From assembly GCA_965217865.1 (NCBI GenBank), contig CBDCJO010000002.1, positions 2,976,001 through 3,040,000 on the forward strand: a stretch of 64,000 nt of DNA. Direction: 5' to 3'. The DNA comes from Candidatus Latescibacterota bacterium. GTDB taxonomy: Bacteria > Latescibacterota > UBA2968 > SICM01. Both the position numbers and the translations under genes were made by a program. The notes beneath the pieces are model-generated. The model saw only the letters and a list, made by a program, of their open reading frames with translations, was not told where the DNA came from and did not search any database. Shown piece after piece: positions 30,553-40,669 of this stretch. How positions within the stretch are numbered: position 1 is the first letter of the stretch; the number at the start of each line of letters is the position of its first letter.

Positions 30553-33500
30553 ATGAGCGGTATTTCGCAATTTTTGACGAAGCTCTTCGGGAGCAAACAC
30601 GAGCGGGACATCAAAAAATTCGCTCCCCAGGTCAAAGAGATCAACGCGGTCTATGGAACGCTTCATGCCCTATCAGACGAGGATTTAAAAGCGAAGACAG
30701 ACGGGTTCAAAGCCCGTCTAAGAGATGAGACATCGGAAAACCGAAAAAACCTCGAGCAGTTGCAACATAGTCTTCTGGAGCAGATGTCGACAGAAGAGCG
30801 GGGCTCACTGGTCGAGGAGGGTGATGCGACAGAGCGTGAGATCATCGAGATCGAGGGGGAGGTCCTCGATGAGATCATGCCAGAGGCCTTTGCGGTGGTC
30901 AAAGAGGTATGCAGGCGGTTCAAGGAAAGGGAGATGTCCTGGGAGCGTGCGGGTGAACGGATTACCTGGCGGGATGTTCCCTACGACGTCCAGCTGATCG
31001 GTGGGATAGTGCTCCATCAGGGAACGATCGCGGAGATGGCAACCGGGGAGGGAAAGACCCTGGTTGCGGCGATGCCGATCTATCTGAACGCCTTGAGCGG
31101 AAGGGGCGTCCATCTGGTAACGGTCAACAACTACCTTGCCCGGAGAGACGCCATGTGGGTGGGCCCGATCTACCTTTCCCTCGGCCTGACGGTGGGCATT
31201 ATCCAGGACCGGCGGATGGACGGAGAGGAGGCTTATCTTCTTGTCGAGAAGGATGGGGACTATAAGATCGAACCCTGCGAGCACAAAGACGCCTATGCCG
31301 CAGACATCACCTACGGGTCGAAGGATCAATTCGGTTTCGACCACCTTTATGACAACATGGCCGTGCGTGTCGAAGAGATTATGCAGCGGCGACATAATTA
31401 CGCGATCGTCGATGAGGCCGACAGCATCCTGATCGATGAGGCGCGAACACCGTTGATCATTTCCGGGCCGGTCCCGGAGTCGACTCATCGTTACGAGGAG
31501 ATGAAGCCCCTGGTCCAGAAGCTCGTTCGCCGGCAAACCGGTGTGGTCAATGGAATTCTTTCGGAAGGCGAGGCGCAGAAAGATGAGGCGGACGAATATA
31601 AAGCAGGCCTCCTGCTCCTTCAGGTTCAAAGAGGGGCACCGAAGAATCGACGATTTATGAAACTCCTGCAGGAGGAGGGAATCAAAAAGCTGATTACCCG
31701 CGTTGAGCTGGACTACATGCGGGACAAACGGATGGGTGAGATCGACGAACCGCTCTACTACAGCATCGATGAGCGGAGCCACGTTGTGGAATTGACGGAG
31801 CGGGGGAGGGAATCCCTCTCGCCGGAGGAGCAAGACTCGTTCGTGCTGCCGGACCTGAGCGTGGAGCTCCAGGAGATCGAGGAGGATGAAGCCCTCTCGG
31901 ATGAGGAGAAGACGGAAGGGCAGGACAAGGCCCATCGCGAACACGCCTTAAAGAGCGAGGCGATACACAACGTACACCAGCTTTTGAAGGCATATTCCCT
32001 GTTTGAGAAGGATGTGCACTACATGGTGGACGGCGGTCGCGTCATCATCGTGGATGAATTCACCGGCCGCCCCCAGCCGGGGAGGCGCTATTCGGACGGC
32101 CTTCACCAGGCCATCGAGGCCAAGGAGAACGTGCAGATCGAGCAGGAGACGCAGACCATCGCCACGATTACACTTCAGAACTATTTCCGGCTCTATGAGA
32201 AGCTGTCCGGGATGACCGGGACAGCCGAGACGGAGAGCGCGGAACTGTTCCAGACCTACAAGCTCGATGTGGCGGTCATCCCCACCAACCAGCCGGTGCG
32301 TCGAATCGATTACGACGATCTCATCTTCAAGACAAAACGGGAGAAATACAACGCGATCGTTGAGGAGATCGCCAGGCTTCACGAAAAAGAGATCCCGGTG
32401 CTTGTCGGAACGATTACCGTGGAGGTTTCCGAACTGCTCAGCCGCCTTTTGGAACGGCGGGGCATTCCGCATAACGTCCTCAATGCCCGCTATCATCAGC
32501 AGGAGGCACAGATCGTTTCCAAGGCGGGGCAGCCCGGGGGCGTGACAATCGCGACCAACATGGCGGGCCGCGGGACGGATATCAAGCTGGGTCCGGGCAT
32601 GGTCAAAGCGCCTGAAGATCACCAGTGCACCCTGATCGCGAACAAGGAGGACCCCCGGTCTCTTTGCCCCCATATCGACGAGTTCGGCTGCAGGCAGGAT
32701 GTTCCCTGCGGCTTACATATCGTAGGCACGGAAAGGCACGAAGCCAGACGGATCGATCGCCAGCTTCGGGGAAGGAGCGGACGGCAGGGGGATCCCGGGG
32801 CGTCGCGATTCTTCATCTCCCTGGAGGACGACCTGATGCGCCTGTTCGGATCCGAACGGATCGCATCGATCATGGACAAGCTGGGTGCGGAGGAGGGGGA
32901 GGTGATCGAGCACTCCATGGTGACCAAATCGATCACCCGGGCGCAACGAAGGGTGGAGGCGCGTAACTTCGAGGTCAGGAAACACCTTCTCGAATACGAC
33001 GACGTGATGAACCAGCAGAGAGAGGTGATCTACGACCGGCGCCGTCACGCCCTGGAGCAGGCGGACCTCTCGGATCAGATTCAGGAGATGATCGACGAAG
33101 TCACCAATGGGATCATCGAACCGCATACAAGCGAGGAGGACTATCCCGAGGGTTGGAATTACGATGGTCTGAAGACGGATCTGAGGGGTATCTTCCTGGT
33201 CGCGCCGACATTTGACGGGGAGGAGGACCGTATCCTGCGCGTCAGCGACCTGACCGAACAGATCCGGACGATGATTCGGGATGCGTACACCCGGCGGGAG
33301 AAGGCCTTCGGGATCGAGCAGATGCGTCAGATCGAACGCGGGGTCTATTTGAGCGTCATCGACGAAAAATGGAAGGAACACCTCTACGGAATGGATGAGC
33401 TCAAGGAGGGGATCAACTTCCGGGCTTACGGTCAGCGCGACCCTCTCGTGGAGTACAAGAAAGAGGGCTTCAACATGTTCGTTGGGATGCTTGATGAGAT

Positions 33501-33795
33501 CAATCGAGACACCCTTCGAACCTTGTTCCGGATCCCCGTGGCGGAGGAGGCTCAAATTCCGTCGGCGAGGAGGGTTCCCGAACGGATCACCGCTGTTCAC
33601 CGGGACTTCGGAGGGTTCGGGGTCGAACCGGAAGCCCTTCCACGTTCCAGGAAGAAAGACGAGAGGGTTACGAACGCCCCGGCCGAAGAGGTGACGCAAC
33701 CCATACGGGTCGGTCCGAAGATCGGCCGAAACCAGCCGTGTCCGTGCGGGAGCGGGAAGAAGTACAAGAAGTGCTGCGGTCGGGAGGCGGCGTAG
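30553..33795 (+). CDS. secA: Preprotein translocase ATPase SecA
   Basis: EMATGEGKT, VDEADSILIDEARTPL, QLRGRSGRQGDPG, SEC-C CPCGSGKKYKKCC. Confidence 0.98.
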   Translation: MSGISQFLTKLFGSKHERDIKKFAPQVKEINAVYGTLHALSDEDLKAKTDGFKARLRDETSENRKNLEQLQHSLLEQMSTEERGSLVEEGDATEREIIEIEGEVLDEIMPEAFAVVKEVCRRFKEREMSWERAGERITWRDVPYDVQLIGGIVLHQGTIAEMATGEGKTLVAAMPIYLNALSGRGVHLVTVNNYLARRDAMWVGPIYLSLGLTVGIIQDRRMDGEEAYLLVEKDGDYKIEPCEHKDAYAADITYGSKDQFGFDHLYDNMAVRVEEIMQRRHNYAIVDEADSILIDEARTPLIISGPVPESTHRYEEMKPLVQKLVRRQTGVVNGILSEGEAQKDEADEYKAGLLLLQVQRGAPKNRRFMKLLQEEGIKKLITRVELDYMRDKRMGEIDEPLYYSIDERSHVVELTERGRESLSPEEQDSFVLPDLSVELQEIEEDEALSDEEKTEGQDKAHREHALKSEAIHNVHQLLKAYSLFEKDVHYMVDGGRVIIVDEFTGRPQPGRRYSDGLHQAIEAKENVQIEQETQTIATITLQNYFRLYEKLSGMTGTAETESAELFQTYKLDVAVIPTNQPVRRIDYDDLIFKTKREKYNAIVEEIARLHEKEIPVLVGTITVEVSELLSRLLERRGIPHNVLNARYHQQEAQIVSKAGQPGGVTIATNMAGRGTDIKLGPGMVKAPEDHQCTLIANKEDPRSLCPHIDEFGCRQDVPCGLHIVGTERHEARRIDRQLRGRSGRQGDPGASRFFISLEDDLMRLFGSERIASIMDKLGAEEGEVIEHSMVTKSITRAQRRVEARNFEVRKHLLEYDDVMNQQREVIYDRRRHALEQADLSDQIQEMIDEVTNGIIEPHTSEEDYPEGWNYDGLKTDLRGIFLVAPTFDGEEDRILRVSDLTEQIRTMIRDAYTRREKAFGIEQMRQIERGVYLSVIDEKWKEHLYGMDELKEGINFRAYGQRDPLVEYKKEGFNMFVGMLDEINRDTLRTLFRIPVAEEAQIPSARRVPERITAVHRDFGGFGVEPEALPRSRKKDERVTNAPAEEVTQPIRVGPKIGRNQPCPCGSGKKYKKCCGREAA

Positions 33796-33818
33796 GGGCG
33801 CGTTCAAAGGGGGGGGGG

Positions 33819-34109
33819 TTAGGGTCCCAACCCGGGCAGGGACAGGACCGCATACCCTTTGGCGAATTCGATCTCCGCAACGGCAAAGCCTGCGCTCTGG
33901 AATTCAGAGACGAGCTCCGGTTCGTTTTGGAAATAGTGCCAGAAGTGGTCGCATTCATACACATCCCCGATCTCCAACGCCAGATTCCCCTCGAACAGCC
34001 TCGCCACGCACTGCTTGATTCGAAACCTCCATCCGTTTGGCTCTCCCTCTAAATCGTCTGCGAACTCAAGGTAGAAGAATCCATCATCGGCAAGGAACGT
34101 CCGGGCGGT
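33819..34109 (-). pseudogene. 3' remnant of a SAM methyltransferase paralogous to 48009-48888
   Basis: ARTFLADDGFFYLEF..WRFRIK..DHFWH matches the paralog; homology ends at the IS3 left end. Confidence 0.8.
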
Positions 34110-34233
34110 TGTATCTTTTGTCTGAGATCGCCCGAAAAAACGGGGGCAAGGTCGAAGCAAGATCCTGGTTGCCTGTAGGGTTGAGAAGGGATACATATTT
34201 TGGGATATCCCTGACCTCACAGGAGGAGTAAAG

Positions 34234-34569
34234 ATGGAGCAACTGTCCTCAAACAGTGACCCGGTCAAGAAGCGCAGGAGCTTGTCCCCGGAACAGAAGT
34301 ATGAGATTTTCCTTGAAGCCAGCCGGGGAGATGTTCCCATTGCACAGGTGCTGCGGAAATGGGGCATTCATTCCTCGGATCTAAAGCGTATTCGTGAGTC
34401 GGTCAAGTCCGGGGCCCTCAAGGAGTTCAAGGGTCGCCGGAGCCGCAAGCCGATGGTATCGGCTGAGGAGGTGGAGCAGCTGCGCAAAGAGCGGGCACGC
34501 CTGGAGCAAACGATCATTGAGCAATCTGTGGAACTTTCCCTGCTAAAAAAAAGTGTGAATGGGATCTGA
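34234..34569 (+). CDS. IS3 transposase OrfA (HTH, coiled coil)
   Basis: AGGAGG RBS; LSPEQKYEI HTH; A8G slippery site at 34545-34553. Confidence 0.85.
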   Translation: MEQLSSNSDPVKKRRSLSPEQKYEIFLEASRGDVPIAQVLRKWGIHSSDLKRIRESVKSGALKEFKGRRSRKPMVSAEEVEQLRKERARLEQTIIEQSVELSLLKKSVNGI

Positions 34570-34592
34570 CAGGCCCGATCAAGGGCCACCGG

Positions 34593-35624
34593 GTGCAAGC
34601 TGAGGTCAAACGCGAGATCCTCTTAATGGTCCATCGGGCCAAGGAGAAAGGGGTGAAACTCACCCGTTCTTGCGAGATCCTACAGCTTCCCCTCCAGCGG
34701 TATTGTGCCTGGAGCCGGCGAGATCGAGAAGAGAAGCTGGATGGGGTGTCGGACCCGCTTTTGGATGGGAAGCCCGGGCCCGCCCCTGATGAGGCCCCAC
34801 ACGGATTGCTGAGGGAGGAGAAAGAGCAAATCCCGGCCCTCTTAAGGGATGAGACCTATGCCGATCTGCCTCCCCATCAGCTGGCGGTGGTAGCCTCAGA
34901 GAAGGGGGTAGTGCAGGCCTCGGCCTCCAGCTTCTACCGACAGGCCAGGAAAGAACGTCTGGCACGCAGGAAACAGGTGAGGACGCCGGTCAAGCAGAGC
35001 AAGCCCCAGGTCAAACCTGAAGGTCCTAATCAGGTCTGGAGCTGGGACCTGACCTACATCCCATTTTTCGGTTTGTTCCTGTATTTTACCGCCATTCTCG
35101 ACGTGTATTCCAGGAAGATCGTAGGATGGAAGCTCTCCTTCAACGCGACCGTGGAGCAGGTCAAACAGGCCTGGGATCAAGCCCTTGCCAACGAAGGACT
35201 GCTGGACCTGGACACTGGGCCCATAAGCTTGACAGCCCTCTCAGATCACGGATCTCAGATGAAGGCCAAATCGATGGCCCAATTCTTCAAGGACCTGGGC
35301 ATCTCGCAGCTGTTTGCCCGATATCAAACACCCACGGACAACGCCTGGATCGAAGCCTTTTTCCGGACATTCAAATACGACTGGCTGCGCTTCCAGGACA
35401 TCTTCACATTCCATCAACTGGAAGGCCTGATTGATTCCTTCATTCACAGCTACAACGCCGAACGCTATCACGGGGCAATACAGTATGTCACGCCTCTTCA
35501 GAGGCATAAAGGCCAGCATCAAAAGATTCTTCACCACCGACAAGGTCGAAAGGAGGAGGCTCGGCAGCGCCGCATAGAAATCAATCGGCAAAGAACATCC
35601 CAGACCATCCACAAGGCTGCCTGA
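34593..35624 (+). CDS. IS3 transposase OrfB (rve DDE), -1 frame to OrfA
   Basis: PNQVWSWDLTY, DVYSRKIVGW, SDHGSQ, DNAWIEAFFRTFK. Confidence 0.92.
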   Translation: MQAEVKREILLMVHRAKEKGVKLTRSCEILQLPLQRYCAWSRRDREEKLDGVSDPLLDGKPGPAPDEAPHGLLREEKEQIPALLRDETYADLPPHQLAVVASEKGVVQASASSFYRQARKERLARRKQVRTPVKQSKPQVKPEGPNQVWSWDLTYIPFFGLFLYFTAILDVYSRKIVGWKLSFNATVEQVKQAWDQALANEGLLDLDTGPISLTALSDHGSQMKAKSMAQFFKDLGISQLFARYQTPTDNAWIEAFFRTFKYDWLRFQDIFTFHQLEGLIDSFIHSYNAERYHGAIQYVTPLQRHKGQHQKILHHRQGRKEEARQRRIEINRQRTSQTIHKAA

Positions 35625-35777
35625 ATCTTGCTTGGACCTTTATCTGCTTTTCTCTTGTTATCTCAGAATAGATACAATATGCCCAGTTTGAATGGTTAAG
35701 GTCCCCATTGTTTAAACCCAGCTCCGGAACACTTCACCCCCATCTGATCCATAACTCGCCCCCTTCGTTCCGAATAC

Positions 35778-36713
35778 TTATCGACAGATCTTTAATTTGT
35801 ATATCCCATATCCTAAGATACAGAGCGCAACAAACCCGTATCCTATTGGCGGCATCAACGGAATCGTTCGAGGGATGGTAGGTGGTGGTGTTGATGCTGG
35901 TGATGCTGGTGGTGGAGGCAATGGCTGGTCGGTACTGCGTAGAATGGTTCCACTGTTTCCTACCACAAGGGCTACAGTGACGCTGAAGTCGATACCATTG
36001 AGATCTTGCCCCGTCCCGCTGACCTGGGGGCTCCACGTCACCCCATCGTCGTCGCTGCGGATAAGGGTTCCACTGTTTCCCGCCACAAGGGCTGTCAGGG
36101 AAGCAAGGAATGAGATCCCCCTTAAATGGTTTCCCGTTCCGCTGGGTACGGGTCCCCAGTTGGCCCCACTGTCCGTGCTGCGTAGAATGGTTCCACTGTC
36201 TCCCCCCACAAGGGCTGTGCTGCCACTGAACGCAACCGCGGCCAGAAGGTTTCCCGTTCCGCTGGGTACGGTTCCCCAGTTGGCCCCACTGTCCGTGCTG
36301 CGGGTAATGGTTCCACTGTTCCCTACGGCAAGGGCAATGCCCCCGCTAAAGGCGACCCCATTCAAAAGGTTGCCCGTTCCGCTGGGTACGCACCCCCATG
36401 TGGCCCCGCTGTCGGTGCTGCGGATAATTTCTCCATTGTCTCCCACGGCTAAGGCTGTCGTGCCGCTGAAGGCGACCCCAAACAGAGGCAACCCGGTTCC
36501 GCTGGGTACGGTTCCCCAGTTGGCCCCGCTGTCGGTACTTCGGGTAATTTCCCCATTGGCTCCCACGGCTAAGGCTGTCGTTCCGCTGATGGAGACCCCC
36601 CTCAGAGCCTGCCCGGTCCCGCTGGGTATGATGGACCATGTCTGGGCAAAGCTCTCTTCAGTGCCCAGGAACGCCACTGCAAGGGACAAAGCTATGCGTA
36701 TAAGCGGTTTCAT
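35778..36713 (-). CDS. Secreted YCF48/BNR-repeat protein with IPTL-CTERM-like tail
   Basis: Signal peptide; six approx. 40-aa (120-bp) repeats ending RSTDSGANW; Pro-rich linker; TIPLM + TM helix + basic tail. Confidence 0.8.
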   Translation of the reverse strand: MKPLIRIALSLAVAFLGTEESFAQTWSIIPSGTGQALRGVSISGTTALAVGANGEITRSTDSGANWGTVPSGTGLPLFGVAFSGTTALAVGDNGEIIRSTDSGATWGCVPSGTGNLLNGVAFSGGIALAVGNSGTITRSTDSGANWGTVPSGTGNLLAAVAFSGSTALVGGDSGTILRSTDSGANWGPVPSGTGNHLRGISFLASLTALVAGNSGTLIRSDDDGVTWSPQVSGTGQDLNGIDFSVTVALVVGNSGTILRSTDQPLPPPPASPASTPPPTIPRTIPLMPPIGYGFVALCILGYGIYKLKICR

Positions 36714-36790
36714 CTGATTTTCCGTAAGGATCGGTTTATCGACTCAATGGCATTTGTGGTGTAGATGACCTAACGAATCTCTTCGGGGTT
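36714..36790 (-). pseudogene. IS256-family transposase remnant
   Basis: Minus-strand translation PEEIR*VIYTTNAIESINRSLRKI resembles the IS256 catalytic-Glu region, with an internal stop. Confidence 0.7.
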
Positions 36791-36980
36791 CGTCCACCAG
36801 CTTGTTAAAAAGCTGTTCAAGGATCTCTTCTTGCTTTTGCCATATCTCCTCCTCGGTTGACGGCTTTCCATACTATAGGCATTCTTGGAGATATTGGCCA
36901 TTTACAGAGAAAATTTGCACTCCGGGTTTAGAGGCGCAAGCCGTGCCCACCTGCAATAAATCAAGAGCCCTACCTCCCTT

Positions 36981-38123
36981 CTATACCACCTCATCGTAGA
37001 TCGCCTCCAGCCGTTCCCCCTGTTGGACCGCGTCGTGATGTTCCTCCACTTGGCTGCGGCCTCCCGCCACAAGACGATTTCGGAGTTCCTGATCCCCAAG
37101 CAGGGCGTCGAGCCGCTCTGCGAGTCCGTCCACGTCCCGTTCCGGCGCCAGAAGGGCACAGCTCCCGTCCGGGGCCACGGACGGAATGTCCGCGTGAAGG
37201 GTCGAGACCACGGGGAGGCCGGAGGCCATCGACTCGATGATCGTGACCGGCGCCCCCCCCTCGGTGTCGCCGTCGGACGCGGTGATGCTGGGATGGAGCA
37301 GGACGTGGCTGCCAAGGAGGTGTTTGACATATTCCGCGAAAGGAAGGAATCCCAGGAAGCTTGTGCGGTCATGAAGGCCAAGTTCCCGGACAACGGCTTC
37401 GATTTCGGGCTTCCGGGGGCCATCGCCGATGATGTGAAGCCTTGCGGAGGGATATTGTTGGGCGATCCGGTGGAAAGCCCGCACCCCATCAGGGAAGCCT
37501 TTCTTCTCCCTGAAGGCCCCGCACATCAGAACGACAGGGTTGTCCCCCGGATTCCGATCCGGTTTGAAGGGGATGGCCGACAGATCGACGCCGAGCTTCT
37601 GCACGCGGACCTTCTCCGCGGGACATCCGATCCCGACCAGGCGTTCCGCGAGGTGAGGGCCTTCGGCCAGAAAGAGTGTCCCCTCCGCAAACAACCGTTC
37701 GAATCGTCCGCCCCACAATGGTTCCCTGGGCAGGGCCGATACATCCAGGCCATAGAAGGTGGTCACCATGGGGAGGTCCGCCTTCCTTTGGGCCATCAGG
37801 CAGCGATATCCCTCCTGCCCGAAGTGGGCGTGGATCAGGGATGCCTCTTCACGATGGAGGATGGGCGCATAGAAGACGTACTGGCCCGTCAGCCGACGAA
37901 CGACCCGGTGGACGAAATGTTTTCCCCCCGCCCAATGCGCCACGTCGTGGAGGGTTTCGACCGGGAACAGGTCCTTGTTTCGGGCTTCCTGTGTGATGAC
38001 GACAGGACGGTACCGACGGTGGTGGCGTATCTGTCCGTGCACCCAGTTCATGGTCAGCGGGAGAAAGGGGGATGCGCAATGGGCGACAATCCCGGGAGAT
38101 TCATTCGGGGGAAGGGGCTGCAT
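36981..38123 (-). CDS. Glycosyltransferase family 4 (WcaL-like)
   Basis: HAHFG, EKKG, DGDTEGGAPV.I.ESMASGLPVVST.H. Confidence 0.9.
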   Translation of the reverse strand: MQPLPPNESPGIVAHCASPFLPLTMNWVHGQIRHHRRYRPVVITQEARNKDLFPVETLHDVAHWAGGKHFVHRVVRRLTGQYVFYAPILHREEASLIHAHFGQEGYRCLMAQRKADLPMVTTFYGLDVSALPREPLWGGRFERLFAEGTLFLAEGPHLAERLVGIGCPAEKVRVQKLGVDLSAIPFKPDRNPGDNPVVLMCGAFREKKGFPDGVRAFHRIAQQYPSARLHIIGDGPRKPEIEAVVRELGLHDRTSFLGFLPFAEYVKHLLGSHVLLHPSITASDGDTEGGAPVTIIESMASGLPVVSTLHADIPSVAPDGSCALLAPERDVDGLAERLDALLGDQELRNRLVAGGRSQVEEHHDAVQQGERLEAIYDEVV

Positions 38124-38128
38124 CGGTT

Positions 38129-38347
38129 TTAAGGGACCGGATCGCATCCCGAGCCACCCCAGGGGTGACAGCGGAGCAGGCGGCGAATGGAGAGGTAGGC
38201 GCCCCGGGATGCGCCGTGGCGCCGGAGGGCTTCAAGGGTGTAGTTCGAGCAGGTGGGCAGGAACCGGCATCGCGGCAGGGTGTAGGGGGATATGGCGGAG
38301 GTGTAGAACCTGACGATGCAGGAGAAGAGGTAAGCGGCCGGGCCCAT
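38129..38347 (-). CDS. yidD: Membrane protein insertion efficiency factor
   Basis: Y..AISP..PRCRF.PTCS.Y..EAL..HG, RCHPW..G.DPVP. Confidence 0.9.
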   Translation of the reverse strand: MGPAAYLFSCIVRFYTSAISPYTLPRCRFLPTCSNYTLEALRRHGASRGAYLSIRRLLRCHPWGGSGCDPVP

Positions 38348-38706
38348 CAGGATTCCTTATGCGTTTCGATTCTCTGGTAAGATTCCGATTCCGGACCGAG
38401 GCCGGCTTTTACCAGGGCCTCCCGCAGGTCTTTCCGGAGGTCTGCGTAAGAGGTCCCTCCCGCCCGGTCGTCCACGGAAAAGAGGGTCAGCCTACTTGTC
38501 CAAGAGGAGACCGACACCTCCCTGCAGATGGCGCGTATTTGTCGGCGGATCCTGTTCCGCTTGACGGCGTTTCCGAACTTTCGCCTGACGGAGATCACGA
38601 CCCCGCCCTGCGGGTCGGGACCCGAGAAGACGCGGAGCCATCGTCCTCGGCCGCGGGCCCCTTTCTTTCTCAGGGCATAGATACGCTTCTGGAGATTGAC
38701 GGGCAT
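38347..38706 (-). CDS. rnpA: Ribonuclease P protein component (divergent)
   Basis: RNR motif [16 protein letters not shown]; stop overlaps the yidD start. Confidence 0.75.
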   Translation of the reverse strand: MPVNLQKRIYALRKKGARGRGRWLRVFSGPDPQGGVVISVRRKFGNAVKRNRIRRQIRAICREVSVSSWTSRLTLFSVDDRAGGTSYADLRKDLREALVKAGLGPESESYQRIETHKES

Positions 38707-38710
38707 ATTA

Positions 38711-39049
38711 GTGGGGTGTTCCGAAAGTCACAATGTAATCTCAGATCTTGAATTTATTGCTTTTCCTGTAACTTTTTTTTTGCTTTGCACACTTTTTGGC
38801 CATCGTGCTCCCTCACCCCGCCTCGCAAGCTCGGCACCCCTCTCCCGGGTGCCGGGAGAGGGGAAGAGTGAAAATGATTCAATTGTTTAATGAACGAAAA
38901 AACGAAATCCTTAACACATACAGAATGAATGTCATCGTCCCCTTCTCCTGCTAAGCGGGAGAAGGGGATACAGGGGATGAGGACGTTAAAACTAACATCC
39001 TTTGCATGAAAGCAGTACCAAATTCAAGGTTAATTCTGTAACACGCCAT
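38711..39049. mobile_element. Degenerate nested miniature element with REP-like hairpins
   Basis: TA-flanked imperfect outer IR (GTGGGGTGTTCCGAAAGT / ATGGCGTGTTACAGAATT); inner IR CTTGAATTT at 38747 and 39028; hairpins CCCCTCTCCC..GGGAGAGGGG and CCCCTTCTCC..GGAGAAGGGG. Confidence 0.5.
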
Positions 39050-39080
39050 TAGCGCAAGAATGAAAGATTCGCAAGGGGAA

Positions 39081-40601
39081 TTAAGACCCCGTCCTGCTGA
39101 ACGTGACGGTCCAGATGGGTCCGCAGTCAATGAAGGTGTATTTGAGGTTCAGCTGACCCGCGATCGATCGGATCTGTCTCCTGGTGTAGAAATAGACCGG
39201 GCAATTTTGACGCTTTAGCCAGAGATAGCGGATCCAGGTCTGCAAGAAGGTATACTTCTTCGGGAATGTGGCCACGATCTTATCTCCGGCGAGATGGACG
39301 GCCTTTTCCAAATAGGCGGGCACTTCCGTGTGTTTCACATAGTCGAACACGCCGATCATTAGCAGATAATCGAATGTACCGTTTGTCCTGTATTTCAGGA
39401 AGTCCTCGTTCAGCCACCTGATTTTTCCGTTGGGGTCGCGGGCGTTTTTTTGTGACATGGAAATCATGCGGACCGAGAAGTCCATCCCGGTTACATTGGC
39501 TCCCTTATCGGCGAAAAAAATGGAATAGATCCCCGACCCGCATCCCACGTCCAGGATGGTCTTTCCCCTGACGTCACCGAGAATATCCGCGGCGGCACTA
39601 AAACGACGAACCAACCCGGGTTTTCTGAACAGGATGTGTCCGAGGTTCTGGAAAAAGTTTCTTTCCCCTTTTCCATAAAAGCCATCGAAACGGTGAGCGC
39701 ACGCATCAAAGTAGGTCCTTACCCGATCCTCCTGAACGCCAAGTCGCCCTCTTCCCACCTTCCATCGATTTATCACGTCGATCATCGGCTCGAATTCAAA
39801 TTCCCGTAAGAGCCCTTCGATTTTCTGGAGGGCTTTCAAGATGCCGGAGTAGGTGATCAGGTAATTTTTCAGCCCGATCGCGGTTATCCTGGGGGTCTTC
39901 GCGTGAATCTCCCACGGATGGAAGTAGATCACGAAGGGCCTTTTCCGATTGACCTTCCTGAGGAGATATTTCAACAAACCAAAGGGGAGGATCCGGAGGT
40001 AGAACCCGCCGCTGATCGGGATTCTGACGCGACCCCAATTGAAAACCGTGAGGGGAAATTCCAGGATCTCAGATGCCCCCTCCTCCCTGGTCAAGTCATC
40101 GAGGTTCGGGGGGTAGATGGAACATGGGGCGCGGGGCAGTCCATAAAGAAAATTTTTGGCGGGAAAAATACTCGAGTCGTAGAGATAGCCGTTGTCGACC
40201 AGACGCCCCATCGCGTATCGGGTCCGGTTATCCATCGAAAAAGTCGGGGCCCTGAATCCCTTTATATTCACGCGGGGCCCCAGAATTTCATCGATTAATC
40301 GCTCGAAGGTCTTCAGTTCGAGGTCGAAATCGGGATCCCCCAATTCCCAGAGGGGCTTATGGGTCATCCCGTGCGAGGCGATTTCGTGGCCTCCCACGTG
40401 GATCGATTTGATTAAATCCGGGTGTTTTCGGGCGATGTCTCCCAGGACGAAGAACGTGGCCTTGACCCGATATTTCTCCAGGAGATCGAGTATGGTCCGC
40501 GTCGAATCTTCGATCTGTGACTCGGGATTTTCGGGCAGGTGTCTTCTGACGAGTTCGGGATGGTACCAGTCTTCCAGATCGATGGTCAATGCGTTCTTCA
40601 T
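39081..40601 (-). CDS. Polysaccharide deacetylase (DUF3473-type) fused to a class I SAM methyltransferase
   Basis: TIDLEDW, ATFFVLG, HEIASHG..H, FRAP, GGFYLR, YFHPWE; then ILDVGCGSG. Confidence 0.85.
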   Translation of the reverse strand: MKNALTIDLEDWYHPELVRRHLPENPESQIEDSTRTILDLLEKYRVKATFFVLGDIARKHPDLIKSIHVGGHEIASHGMTHKPLWELGDPDFDLELKTFERLIDEILGPRVNIKGFRAPTFSMDNRTRYAMGRLVDNGYLYDSSIFPAKNFLYGLPRAPCSIYPPNLDDLTREEGASEILEFPLTVFNWGRVRIPISGGFYLRILPFGLLKYLLRKVNRKRPFVIYFHPWEIHAKTPRITAIGLKNYLITYSGILKALQKIEGLLREFEFEPMIDVINRWKVGRGRLGVQEDRVRTYFDACAHRFDGFYGKGERNFFQNLGHILFRKPGLVRRFSAAADILGDVRGKTILDVGCGSGIYSIFFADKGANVTGMDFSVRMISMSQKNARDPNGKIRWLNEDFLKYRTNGTFDYLLMIGVFDYVKHTEVPAYLEKAVHLAGDKIVATFPKKYTFLQTWIRYLWLKRQNCPVYFYTRRQIRSIAGQLNLKYTFIDCGPIWTVTFSRTGS

Positions 40602-40669
40602 GAAGGTATATCGTGAATCATATCTCGCAACAGCACAATATTACTGATTTGGCTCCTCCACTTCACGCT

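Larger units (their letters stand above)
34110..35676 (+). mobile_element. IS3-family insertion sequence (1567 bp)
   Basis: TG..CA ends: TGTATCTTTTGTCTGAGAT versus reverse-complement TGTATCTATTCTGAGAT; orfA/orfB; no TSD. Confidence 0.85.

Noticed and set aside
35797-36717. 306-aa + strand ORF
   Set aside because: Antisense shadow of the repetitive minus-strand gene, which has a signal peptide and sorting tail.
36760-36780. GTTAGGT as an integron attC core site
   Set aside because: It lies inside the IS256 remnant; no paired attC structure or integrase seen.
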